From Dehalococcoidia bacterium (GTDB taxonomy: Bacteria > Chloroflexota > Dehalococcoidia > UBA6926): a stretch of DNA of 64,000 bases. The notes under the pieces were generated by a model that made no database searches, was not told the origin of the DNA, and saw only the letters and a list, made by a program, of their open reading frames with translations. Every line of letters begins with the position of its first letter. Within the stretch, counting starts at the first letter, position 1. Shown here piece after piece: positions 52,227-60,210 of the stretch. The translations under genes were made by a program, and so were the position numbers. Location: NCBI GenBank assembly GCA_963666115.2, contig CAXXET010000008.1:1-64000 (forward strand), read 5' to 3'.

Positions 52227-53273
52227 CTAGCCCCCGTCGCTCAGCCCCAGCCAGGGCCGGAACGCGTTGTTCATCTCGTCCCCGCCCGTTTCCTCATCGC
52301 GGATGGTGCGTCCGGTGTGCTGCAGGAAAACGTCGTCGAGCGTCGGGCTTGCCACGGACAGGTTGGCGACGGGCACATTGTTGTTGGCGAGCAGCTGCAT
52401 CAGCCCCGGCACAGCCGCGCCGCCGTTCTGCACGGTCACGGCGATTCCGTCCTGCACGCGGGCCGTTGCGGACACGTAGTCTTGCTGGTCAATCAGTTCC
52501 TGCGCCTTCGCGATGAGCGGCTCGCGCTCTTCCACCGTCTCCGGCCCCGTGATGATGATCGTGACGACGTCGCCGCCCACCTGCTCCTTGAGTTCGCGCG
52601 GCGACCCCTCCGCGACGATCTTGCCGCGGTCGATGATCGCCAGCCGCTCGCACAGCCGGTCAGCCTCGTCCATCATCTGCGTCGTCAGGATGATAGTGAC
52701 GCCTTCCTCCGTGTTGAGGTGGCGCAGGTGATCCCACAGCGTGTTGCGGCTCTGCGGATCGAGGCCGGTCGTCGGCTCATCCAGGAAGAGAACCTTCGGC
52801 TCATGGACAAGGGTCGCGACCAAATCCAGCCGCCGCCTCATCCCGCCGGAGAACGTGCCGATCTTCTTCTGGGCGACGTTTGCCAGCCCGATGAACTCCA
52901 ACAACTCCTTGGAGCGCGCCCGCGCATCCGAGCTGCGCAGGCCGTACAGGCGGCCCTGCAAGGTCAGAAAATCATGCGCTTTCGCCAGGTCGTCCAGGCC
53001 GGCGGTCTGCATGGCGACGCCGACGCTGCGCCGGATTTGCTCCGCCTGCCGATCCACGTCATAGCCCGCGACGCTGACACGCCCGGACGTCTTCTTGAGC
53101 AAGGTCGAAAGAATCTTGAGCGCGGTGCTCTTGCCCGCGCCGTTAGGCCCAAGAAAGCCGAAGAACTCGCCCTCATGCACCGAGAAATCAATCCCGTCAA
53201 CCGCGCGCGTCCCGCCCGGATAGACCATGACAAGGTCCTTAACATCGATGACGGCCTTCCGGCTGTTGGACAC
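52227..53273 (-). CDS. ABC exporter ATP-binding protein (DrrA-like)
   Basis: GPNGAGKS, FSGGMRRRL, LFLDEPTTGLD, PTLDDVFL. Confidence 0.94.
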   Translation of the reverse strand: MSNSRKAVIDVKDLVMVYPGGTRAVDGIDFSVHEGEFFGFLGPNGAGKSTALKILSTLLKKTSGRVSVAGYDVDRQAEQIRRSVGVAMQTAGLDDLAKAHDFLTLQGRLYGLRSSDARARSKELLEFIGLANVAQKKIGTFSGGMRRRLDLVATLVHEPKVLFLDEPTTGLDPQSRNTLWDHLRHLNTEEGVTIILTTQMMDEADRLCERLAIIDRGKIVAEGSPRELKEQVGGDVVTIIITGPETVEEREPLIAKAQELIDQQDYVSATARVQDGIAVTVQNGGAAVPGLMQLLANNNVPVANLSVASPTLDDVFLQHTGRTIRDEETGGDEMNNAFRPWLGLSDGG

Positions 53274-53407
53274 CCCACCTCCCGCGCCACCCGCAGCGGC
53301 AACTCACACATGGTACGGGTGGAGGGGGCGGTGGGGAAGGGGGCAGTTGCAGGACGTACAATTGTTCGCTATCCTGATTGAATCAAGGGGCGCGGGGAGA
53401 CAGCACA

Positions 53408-54706
53408 TTGACGACATTGCACGGGCAGTACGGGGAGATTAGGGACGCCGTCCACGGCTTTGTTCGCCTCGAGCGGGATGAGCGGACCTTGCTCGATTCT
53501 CCCTTTCTCCAGCGTCTACGCGATGTCCATCAGCTTGCCCTGTCGTACCTCGTTTATCCCGGTGCGACCCACAAGCGATTCGAACATAGCCTAGGCGTCA
53601 TGGAGCTTGCGGGGCGGGCATATGACGTGATAACGGACAGGCGGCGGCAGGGAAACCCCAGCATCCTCGAGCGCTATGGACTGGACGATGACGGGTTTAG
53701 GCTCTATTGGCGCAAGGTCGTCAGAATGGCAGGACTTTGCCATGACATTGGTCACCTGCCGTTTTCCCATGCGGCCGAGGATACAGTCTTGCCGCCCGGC
53801 ACCTCACACGAGAACATCACAGCGGCACTTATCCTGAGCGAGGAAATGTCGCCGTTCTGGGAGGGTATGACTCCCCCCTTGCGGCCCCTTGACGTGGCCA
53901 AGGTCGCTGTGGGCAAGAAATTCCTGCCTGATGAAGACTTCAGGCCCCTAGAGCGCATTCTGCATGACATCATCGGCCATGACGGGCTCGGCGCGGATCG
54001 GATGGATTACCTGCTTCGCGACTCGCGCCACGCGGGAGTCGCGTATGGGGTGTTCGATCATTTGCGGCTTCTCGATACGATGCGGATTCTGGCCGGCACT
54101 GCCCCTGACGCGCCTGCGGACGAATTGGGGATTGAGTATGGCGGGCTATACGCGGCGGAAAGTCTCTTCCTTGCGCGGTACTTCATGTTCATGCAGGTGT
54201 ACTACCACCCAGTGCGCAGGGCGTATGACCTCCATCTACAGGACTTTATGGGGTCATGGCTTGGCGAGCTTGAGTGGCCTGTCAAATGGGAAGTGCTGCG
54301 CAGCTTGACGGACAGCGAGGCCCTGCTGGCAATGAGAGAGGCGGAGGGTGTCAAGGATTCTCTCGGCCAGGACCCGGCCCGGCGTATTCTCCACCGCGAT
54401 CACTTCAGGCGCATCGTGACCGTGACGCCCGCCCAAGGGGAGCAGGGTGAAGACAAGTTTGAGAGCGCCAGGCAGGCCCTGGAGGATAGGCTGGAGCCCG
54501 GCGACGTGAAGATTCACCCCGGCTCCCGGCGGGACAGGCCAGTAATCGAGTTTCCGGTGAAGATGGAGGATGGCTCCAGCGAGTCGCCTGCCAACCTCTC
54601 TGAGACGTATAGCCGGCTCCCCATAGCCGATGTCCGTTACATCTTCGTCGACCGACACTACGTCGATGCGGCCTGGCAAATCTTGCGCGACATTGGCGTG
54701 AGCTAG
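53408..54706 (+). CDS. HD-domain phosphohydrolase, SAMHD1-like dNTPase family
   Basis: RDAVHG, QRLR..HQL, HKRFEHSLG, HDIGHLPFSH, DRMDYLLRD, VYYH. Confidence 0.9.
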   Translation: MTTLHGQYGEIRDAVHGFVRLERDERTLLDSPFLQRLRDVHQLALSYLVYPGATHKRFEHSLGVMELAGRAYDVITDRRRQGNPSILERYGLDDDGFRLYWRKVVRMAGLCHDIGHLPFSHAAEDTVLPPGTSHENITAALILSEEMSPFWEGMTPPLRPLDVAKVAVGKKFLPDEDFRPLERILHDIIGHDGLGADRMDYLLRDSRHAGVAYGVFDHLRLLDTMRILAGTAPDAPADELGIEYGGLYAAESLFLARYFMFMQVYYHPVRRAYDLHLQDFMGSWLGELEWPVKWEVLRSLTDSEALLAMREAEGVKDSLGQDPARRILHRDHFRRIVTVTPAQGEQGEDKFESARQALEDRLEPGDVKIHPGSRRDRPVIEFPVKMEDGSSESPANLSETYSRLPIADVRYIFVDRHYVDAAWQILRDIGVS

Positions 54707-54747
54707 AAATGGTGACACACTGAGGCACGTGAGGGGGGGCATAAGAA

Positions 54748-55317
54748 ATGGATGCTGCTGCTGTTGGATCGATCACTGATCGGGAGCGCGACGGCATTGT
54801 CCTGCGGCTGGTCGGCCAGATGGGCGAGTCTGGAAGTTGGGGGGGCGAGACGCATATTCAGAAGTCCGTCTTTTTCCTACAGAGCTTGCTGGGCATCTCG
54901 CTGGGATATCGCTTCGTGCTGCATCTCCACGGCCCCTATTCCTTCGAGTTGCGTGACGACCTCACTCGCTTGCGGGCGCGGAACAAGCTCGCTCTAAAGC
55001 TCAACCCCGGCTACGGTCCGTCATTGCGGCTCGATAGGGACATCGATGTTGCCGGTCTGCCAGGTGAGGAATCCAAGAATACAATCGGTTTCGTGGCGGA
55101 GTACATTTCTACGCGGACTGTGAGGGACCTTGAGCGCGTGGCCACTGCATATTTCCTTCTCCACGTAAAGGAGACTCCCGTCCCGGATACGAGTCTCCCC
55201 GAAGAGTTGCGCCGCCTCAAGCCGCACATCACGGAGGAGGAGTCCGCGTTGGCGCTTGACGAAGTACAGAAGCTCGTGGACGGAGCCAAAGAAGCGGCCT
55301 CCACCCCACGAAGCTAA
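54748..55317 (+). CDS. YwgA/Panacea(DUF4065)-like protein
   Basis: HIQKSVFFLQ...YRFVLHLHGPYSFEL...LERVAT. Confidence 0.65.
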   Translation: MDAAAVGSITDRERDGIVLRLVGQMGESGSWGGETHIQKSVFFLQSLLGISLGYRFVLHLHGPYSFELRDDLTRLRARNKLALKLNPGYGPSLRLDRDIDVAGLPGEESKNTIGFVAEYISTRTVRDLERVATAYFLLHVKETPVPDTSLPEELRRLKPHITEEESALALDEVQKLVDGAKEAASTPRS

Positions 55318-55404
55318 CGCGCTCAGCGGCTACCGGACGGCCCTCCCTTTTCTCCCCCTCATCCTTGCCCGCCCCTTGCCCCCGCCCCTATACTGCTATC
55401 TGTT

Positions 55405-55542
55405 ATGCCCAAGCGAACCTATCAACCCAAGGTGCGCCGCCGCAAGCGCGTCCACGGCTTCCGACACCGCATGAGAGACCCCGGCGGCAGAAATGTTGTT
55501 GCGCGTCGACGCGCCAAGGGGCGTCATCGTCTCAGCGTCTAA
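55405..55542 (+). CDS. rpmH: 50S ribosomal protein L34
   Basis: [45 protein letters not shown] (45 aa; absent from the ORF track). Confidence 0.97.
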   Translation: MPKRTYQPKVRRRKRVHGFRHRMRDPGGRNVVARRRAKGRHRLSV

Positions 55543-55552
55543 CTGTGTCGCC

Positions 55553-55891
55553 ATGCCCCGGACGACGGACCACCGGCTGCGGCGGAGTTCCGATTTTGAC
55601 CGCGTTTCCCACGTCGGCGAGGGCCGCGCCAACGATCTCGTCGTCCTCCGCTACGCGCCGAATGACGTCGAGGCCATGCGCGCCGGGTACGCGGTCAGCA
55701 AGCGCGTGGGCGGCGCAGTCACGCGCAACGCGGTCAAGCGGCGGCTCCGGGAGGCGGTTCGCAAGCTCGGCCCGCGCGAATCAGGAGTCGACCTCGTGTT
55801 CATCGCCAGACCAAAGATCGTCCAGGCGGACTACCACGGCATCGAAGATGCGGTCGCCGATGTCCTCAAACGCGCCGGTCTGCAGGATTGA
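55553..55891 (+). CDS. rnpA: RNase P protein component
   Basis: GYAVSKRVGGAVTRNAVKRRLRE. Confidence 0.95.
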   Translation: MPRTTDHRLRRSSDFDRVSHVGEGRANDLVVLRYAPNDVEAMRAGYAVSKRVGGAVTRNAVKRRLREAVRKLGPRESGVDLVFIARPKIVQADYHGIEDAVADVLKRAGLQD

Positions 55892-55900
55892 GTCAAGAAG

Positions 55901-56110
55901 ATGAAATACCTGGCCCTGGGATTCCTGCGACTGTACAAGTTCGTCCTCTCTCCTCTTTTGCCCGCCGCCTGCCGCTATCAGCCCACGTGCTCCGACTACG
56001 CGCGTGAGGCAGTCGAACGGCACGGCGCGCTGCGCGGCACGATCCTGGCGGCGCGGCGGCTGGCGCGGTGCCATCCGCTCCGGGAAGGGGGGTACGACCC
56101 TGTTCCGTAA
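55901..56110 (+). CDS. yidD: Membrane protein insertion efficiency factor
   Basis: [10 protein letters not shown]...RCHP..GGYDPVP. Confidence 0.96.
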   Translation: MKYLALGFLRLYKFVLSPLLPAACRYQPTCSDYAREAVERHGALRGTILAARRLARCHPLREGGYDPVP

Positions 56111-57224
56111 GCCTTTGTTCCTGCTCATTGCCGTGCTGGCGATGCTCGCGGCGTTTGGCTGCACGCCGGGCGGCCTGTACGACGCGAAGCCGTGGGCCGC
56201 GCCCGTTCTTCTCGGCGATGAGACAGTCGTCATCGGAACGGACACCGGACACGTCGTCGTCGGCAACATCATCACGGGACAGGAGCTGGGACGCTGCGAG
56301 ACGGGCGAGGGACGCAACAGCGTCCGCGCCGTCTTTGGAGCGCCCCTGCTGCATGACGGGCGCATCTATGCGGGGGGCTTCGACGGCATTGTGTACGCCA
56401 TAGACCCCAATTCCCTGCTGCCTGAATCCGACGCGGAGTGCATCCCGTTCTTTGAAGCCGACTCCCCGATCGTCGGCGGGCCGACGCTGACGCCGGAAGG
56501 GGTGCTCTTCGTCGGCACGGAGGGCACGGCGGAGACGCGGCGCGGGAAGCTCTACGCAATCGACATCGAAACTGCGGCCCCGCTGTGGACATTTGAAGCC
56601 GATTCCGGGATTTGGGGCACTCCCGTGATCAGCGATGGGCTGGTGTACGTTGGCACGCTGGGCGGCACGCTGCACGCGGTTCACATGGACGGCAGCCCCG
56701 GCGTCGAGGCGTGGCGGCACCAGGCCGACGCCGGCATTGGCGGCATGACGTTGCACGATGATGTCCTGTACGTGGGCGCGCTCGACAACAACCTCTACGC
56801 GCTGGACGCCGCGACGGGCGCGCCGCACTGGCCCGCGCCGTTCACCGCGAACAACTGGTTCTGGGCCGCTCCGCTTGTCATCGGCGACCGCCTCTTCGCG
56901 CCGTCCCTCGATCACTCACTGTACATCCTGGATAAGGACACGGGCGCGCAGGTGATGGACCCGGTGATGACGGGCGGGGCAATACAGAGCAACCCGGCCC
57001 TGACGGGCAGCCACATCAGCATTGCCAACGAAGAGAAAGAGACCTGGTGGATTGATCCCGTGACCGGCCAGGGCATCGTGGGCGGCAAACTGCCCGATCC
57101 CGTATACGCGCCCATCGTGCCGTTCGGAGAGAGCGATGCGCTGTTCTTTGCCCAGGACGGCGCAATCTACCGCGCGTCGCCCTCATTGAGGCAGCCCGTC
57201 CGCGTATTCCCGGTGGAGAGCTAG
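56004..57224 (+). CDS. PQQ-type (BamB-like) beta-propeller lipoprotein; true start probably near 56100
   Basis: Lipobox LAAFG-C; repeated P...G.lYvG..dg.lyAlD..tG...W blades. Confidence 0.85.
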   Translation: MRQSNGTARCAARSWRRGGWRGAIRSGKGGTTLFRKPLFLLIAVLAMLAAFGCTPGGLYDAKPWAAPVLLGDETVVIGTDTGHVVVGNIITGQELGRCETGEGRNSVRAVFGAPLLHDGRIYAGGFDGIVYAIDPNSLLPESDAECIPFFEADSPIVGGPTLTPEGVLFVGTEGTAETRRGKLYAIDIETAAPLWTFEADSGIWGTPVISDGLVYVGTLGGTLHAVHMDGSPGVEAWRHQADAGIGGMTLHDDVLYVGALDNNLYALDAATGAPHWPAPFTANNWFWAAPLVIGDRLFAPSLDHSLYILDKDTGAQVMDPVMTGGAIQSNPALTGSHISIANEEKETWWIDPVTGQGIVGGKLPDPVYAPIVPFGESDALFFAQDGAIYRASPSLRQPVRVFPVES

Positions 57225-57233
57225 GCAGCGGCC

Positions 57234-58148
57234 ATGTTGGAAGTACTCGGCGACATATTCATCTTCCTGCTCCTGCAGCCGATGCTGAACGGGCTGGTGA
57301 TGCTGTACAGCCTGCTCTTTGACAGCATGGCGCTGGCCATCATCGCCCTCACGGTTGTCGTCCGCGTCGCGTTCTACCCCCTGACTCTCAAGCAGCTGCA
57401 ATCCTCCGCCAAGATGCAGGCGCTCCAGCCGCAGATGCAGGAGATCCGCAACCGCTACAAGAACAACCCCCAGCTCCAGCAGCGCGAGACGATGAAGATG
57501 TATCGAGAGGCTGGTGTCAGTCCGCTCGGCTGCCTGGGGCCGATGGTCGTCCAGTTCCCCATCTGGATCGGGTTGTACTGGGCAATCATCAAGGGCCTCG
57601 GCAACCTGCCCGGCAGCTTCGTCTATCTCTCCCAGCGGCTCTACTCGTGGCTGCCCGTCGGCGGCGAAGTGCTTCCGTTGAACACGGAAATGCCATGGAT
57701 CCTCGGCACGCTGGACCTCTCCGCGCCTGACCCCACGCCGCTGATGCCGCTTCTTGTCGCGGCCTCCACCTGGGCGCAGCAGCGCATCATGCAGCCGCCC
57801 GCCATGACCGACCAGCAGAGGCAGCAGCAGCAGATCATGCTGTTCCTGTTCCCCATCATGCTGGGCTTCCTCGCCTTTACATTCCCGTCGGGCTTAGCCC
57901 TATACTGGTTCGTCTCTAACTTCATAACCATCGGTATGCAGGGGTTCATCTCCGGGTGGGGGAACCTGATTCCCGGCCGCCAACGCGCCGCTGCAAATGT
58001 CATTGCCCCTCAAAATCAACAGGTGGAGACAAGGACAGATCATGAGTCAGAGTCTGGAATGGACGGGGAGGACGGTCGAGGAAGCGATTCGGGAAGGACT
58101 CGACGAGCTCGGTCTCGAACGCGAAGACGTCGACGTCGACGTCCTTAG
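57234..58148 (+). CDS. yidC: Membrane protein insertase YidC
   Basis: KMQALQP, PLGCLGPMVVQFPIW, FPSGLALYWFVSN. Confidence 0.95.
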   Translation: MLEVLGDIFIFLLLQPMLNGLVMLYSLLFDSMALAIIALTVVVRVAFYPLTLKQLQSSAKMQALQPQMQEIRNRYKNNPQLQQRETMKMYREAGVSPLGCLGPMVVQFPIWIGLYWAIIKGLGNLPGSFVYLSQRLYSWLPVGGEVLPLNTEMPWILGTLDLSAPDPTPLMPLLVAASTWAQQRIMQPPAMTDQQRQQQQIMLFLFPIMLGFLAFTFPSGLALYWFVSNFITIGMQGFISGWGNLIPGRQRAAANVIAPQNQQVETRTDHESESGMDGEDGRGSDSGRTRRARSRTRRRRRRRP

Positions 58149-58974
58149 CGAGGGACGCTCCGGCTTGCTGGGACTCCGGTCATCGGAGGAGGCGCGTGTC
58201 CGCCTGCGCGTCCGGCAGGAGGGCGATGAGGACGAGTACGCATCCTTCGCATCCCTCTCCGCGGATGCGGAGACCGCGCAGGAGGTTCTCGCCGAAATGC
58301 TCCGGCACATGGACGTTGACGCCGACATTTCCGTCTACGTTCCCGGCAGCGACCCCACCCGCCCCTTTGAACCCGGAGACCCCATCGTCCTCGACGTTGA
58401 GAGAGAGGACGCCGGCCTGCTGATCGGAAGGCGCGGCCAGACCCTCCGCCACGTGCAGATGCTCCTCAACACCATCGTCTCCCGGTCCGTCGGGCATTAC
58501 GTCCCTCTGCGCATTGACGTGGAGGGCTACCAGCAGCGCCACATCTACCGCCTCCAGCAGATCGCCCTCCGCGCCGCGGACCACGTGAACCGGCGAAGGC
58601 GTCCCATCACCCTCGACCCCATGTCGCCCGCCGACCGCCGCATCATCCACATGACACTCGCAAACAACCCGTCTGTCGTCACGGGCAGCACGGGCCACGG
58701 CGAGAACCGGCGCGTCACCATCCAGCAGGCCCCGCGCGGCGGCGGCGACCAACAAGCCGGCCGTCCAGCCGCCCAGGCGCCCCCACCGCCCGCGCCCCTG
58801 GCGGACGAGGATGACTACGAGGACGACGACTACATCGACGACGATGAAGATTATGACGATGAGTATGACGACGAAGACTACGACGATGATGATGAAGAGT
58901 ACGAGGATGACGAGGACTATGACGATGAGTACGACGACGAGGAGCAGGACGAGGACCCTCCCCCGCCGCGCTGA
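58042..58974 (+). CDS. jag: RNA-binding protein Jag/KhpB (Jag_N-KH-R3H) with acidic tail
   Basis: GRTVEEAI, LIGRRGQTL, PMSPADRRIIH. Confidence 0.93.
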   Translation: MSQSLEWTGRTVEEAIREGLDELGLEREDVDVDVLSEGRSGLLGLRSSEEARVRLRVRQEGDEDEYASFASLSADAETAQEVLAEMLRHMDVDADISVYVPGSDPTRPFEPGDPIVLDVEREDAGLLIGRRGQTLRHVQMLLNTIVSRSVGHYVPLRIDVEGYQQRHIYRLQQIALRAADHVNRRRRPITLDPMSPADRRIIHMTLANNPSVVTGSTGHGENRRVTIQQAPRGGGDQQAGRPAAQAPPPPAPLADEDDYEDDDYIDDDEDYDDEYDDEDYDDDDEEYEDDEDYDDEYDDEEQDEDPPPPR

Positions 58975-58991
58975 GCTCGCCCGCCATCCCC

Positions 58992-59693
58992 ATGACCACC
59001 GCCGCCCCTGATTTCGTGGCCATTGGCGGGCCAAAATCTCCCGCTGCCTTTGGCGCTCTCACCGCCCTGCGGCTCGGCCGCTCCGCCGGGTTATTGACAG
59101 GCGACACGCTGCCCGCCGGCGAACGCGAAACCCTTGTGTCATCCGGCGCGCCCGTCGCGTTCGGCCCCGCGCCCCTGCGGGCGGAGCATATTCCCTGGGC
59201 GTGGCTGGACGCGGAAATTGTGCTCGCCGCGCCGATGGCGGATGAGATCGACCACACGATGCTTGGCAGATTCAGCCGCTCGCTCGTCGGCGTGATGGGC
59301 GCGGCGGCGCTGGGTCTCACGGGTGTCGGCGCCGTATTCGTTGCAGAGCAGGACGTGCCCGCCGGCCCGGTCGCCGCGCCCATCGCGTTGTCTCTCGGCC
59401 CCCGGAACGGCGCGCGGCTGTGGTGGCAGGGCGGTTGGCAGGACGTTCCAGCCGACGCGAGAACCCGGCGCGACGCTGATCCGCCAATCCTGGCGGCTGC
59501 GGCGGCGGCGTTTCTTACGCGCCTCACGGAAACACGCGACGCAACGGCAGCCGCCCGTTTCGCCGCCGCCGCAGCCGCCCTCCTCCCGCCCGCGCCCCGC
59601 TTCACGCTCGAAGACATCCCAACCCGTGAGGCTATCGCTGACGCGGAGGTCGTATCATATGGCGGAGGGACACAAGCGCCAGGGAGGCGGTAG
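58992..59693 (+). CDS. Divergent PfkB/ribokinase-like protein
   Basis: Weak resemblance (AFGALTALRLG, LSLGPRNGA, AARFAAAAA); canonical GAGD motif absent. Confidence 0.4.
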   Translation: MTTAAPDFVAIGGPKSPAAFGALTALRLGRSAGLLTGDTLPAGERETLVSSGAPVAFGPAPLRAEHIPWAWLDAEIVLAAPMADEIDHTMLGRFSRSLVGVMGAAALGLTGVGAVFVAEQDVPAGPVAAPIALSLGPRNGARLWWQGGWQDVPADARTRRDADPPILAAAAAAFLTRLTETRDATAAARFAAAAAALLPPAPRFTLEDIPTREAIADAEVVSYGGGTQAPGRR

Positions 59694-59695
59694 AC

Positions 59696-59917
59696 GTGAG
59701 ACTGGGACTGACATTGCTCTTGGTGGGCGTCGTCATGATCGGCGGCTTTGCGGCCTACACCCTCGTGCGCTTCATCGTGCTAACGGACGAGGTGCCCATC
59801 ATCATGAGAATCGGCCTGCCCACAGTTGTCGTCGGCGCGCTTGTGCTCCTGGTCAAGGCGATATGGGACCGGCTGCGGCAGAGACGCAGCGCCGATGTCC
59901 ACCGATACCATGGTTGA
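59696..59917 (+). CDS. Small 2-TM membrane protein
   Basis: 73 aa, two hydrophobic segments, RBS GGAGG. Confidence 0.65.
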   Translation: MRLGLTLLLVGVVMIGGFAAYTLVRFIVLTDEVPIIMRIGLPTVVVGALVLLVKAIWDRLRQRRSADVHRYHG

Positions 59918-60149
59918 GACCATCTTCTGGCTGACCGCCATCCTGGCCTACGTGGCCGTGCAGATTGCCGTTCAGATTGCGGCAGCGCGCGACCTCGGCA
60001 AGCGCAAGCGCGTCCGCGGCGGCAACCGCTGGCTCTGGGTCGTCGTCATCCTGCTCCTCCTCCCCGGCGCGCTCGCCTACTTCGCCTTTGGCCGCCTCCC
60101 GGATGATGACCCTGCCGCCATGCCGCCGCAAAGCCCCGCAACGTGGTAG
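59910..60149 (+). CDS. PLDc_N-like small membrane protein
   Basis: DL.KR...RWLWVVVIL...GALAYF.FGR. Confidence 0.7.
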   Translation: MVETIFWLTAILAYVAVQIAVQIAAARDLGKRKRVRGGNRWLWVVVILLLLPGALAYFAFGRLPDDDPAAMPPQSPATW

Positions 60150-60210
60150 CGTAGTCAGACAATCACTGACACACGCATAGCCCAGACATCCACAGGTAGG
60201 TAGACCGCAC

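Noticed and set aside
53320-55390. Purine-rich and pyrimidine-rich tracts flanking the HD pair as terminal inverted repeats
   Set aside because: Low-complexity G/C runs that align poorly; no transposase or target duplication.
55318-55404. oriC upstream of rpmH
   Set aside because: Only ~90 nt, GC-rich, no TTATCCACA boxes or AT-rich unwinding element seen.
58126-58143. Perfect palindrome GACGTCGACGTCGACGTC
   Set aside because: Explained by DVDVDV codons in jag.
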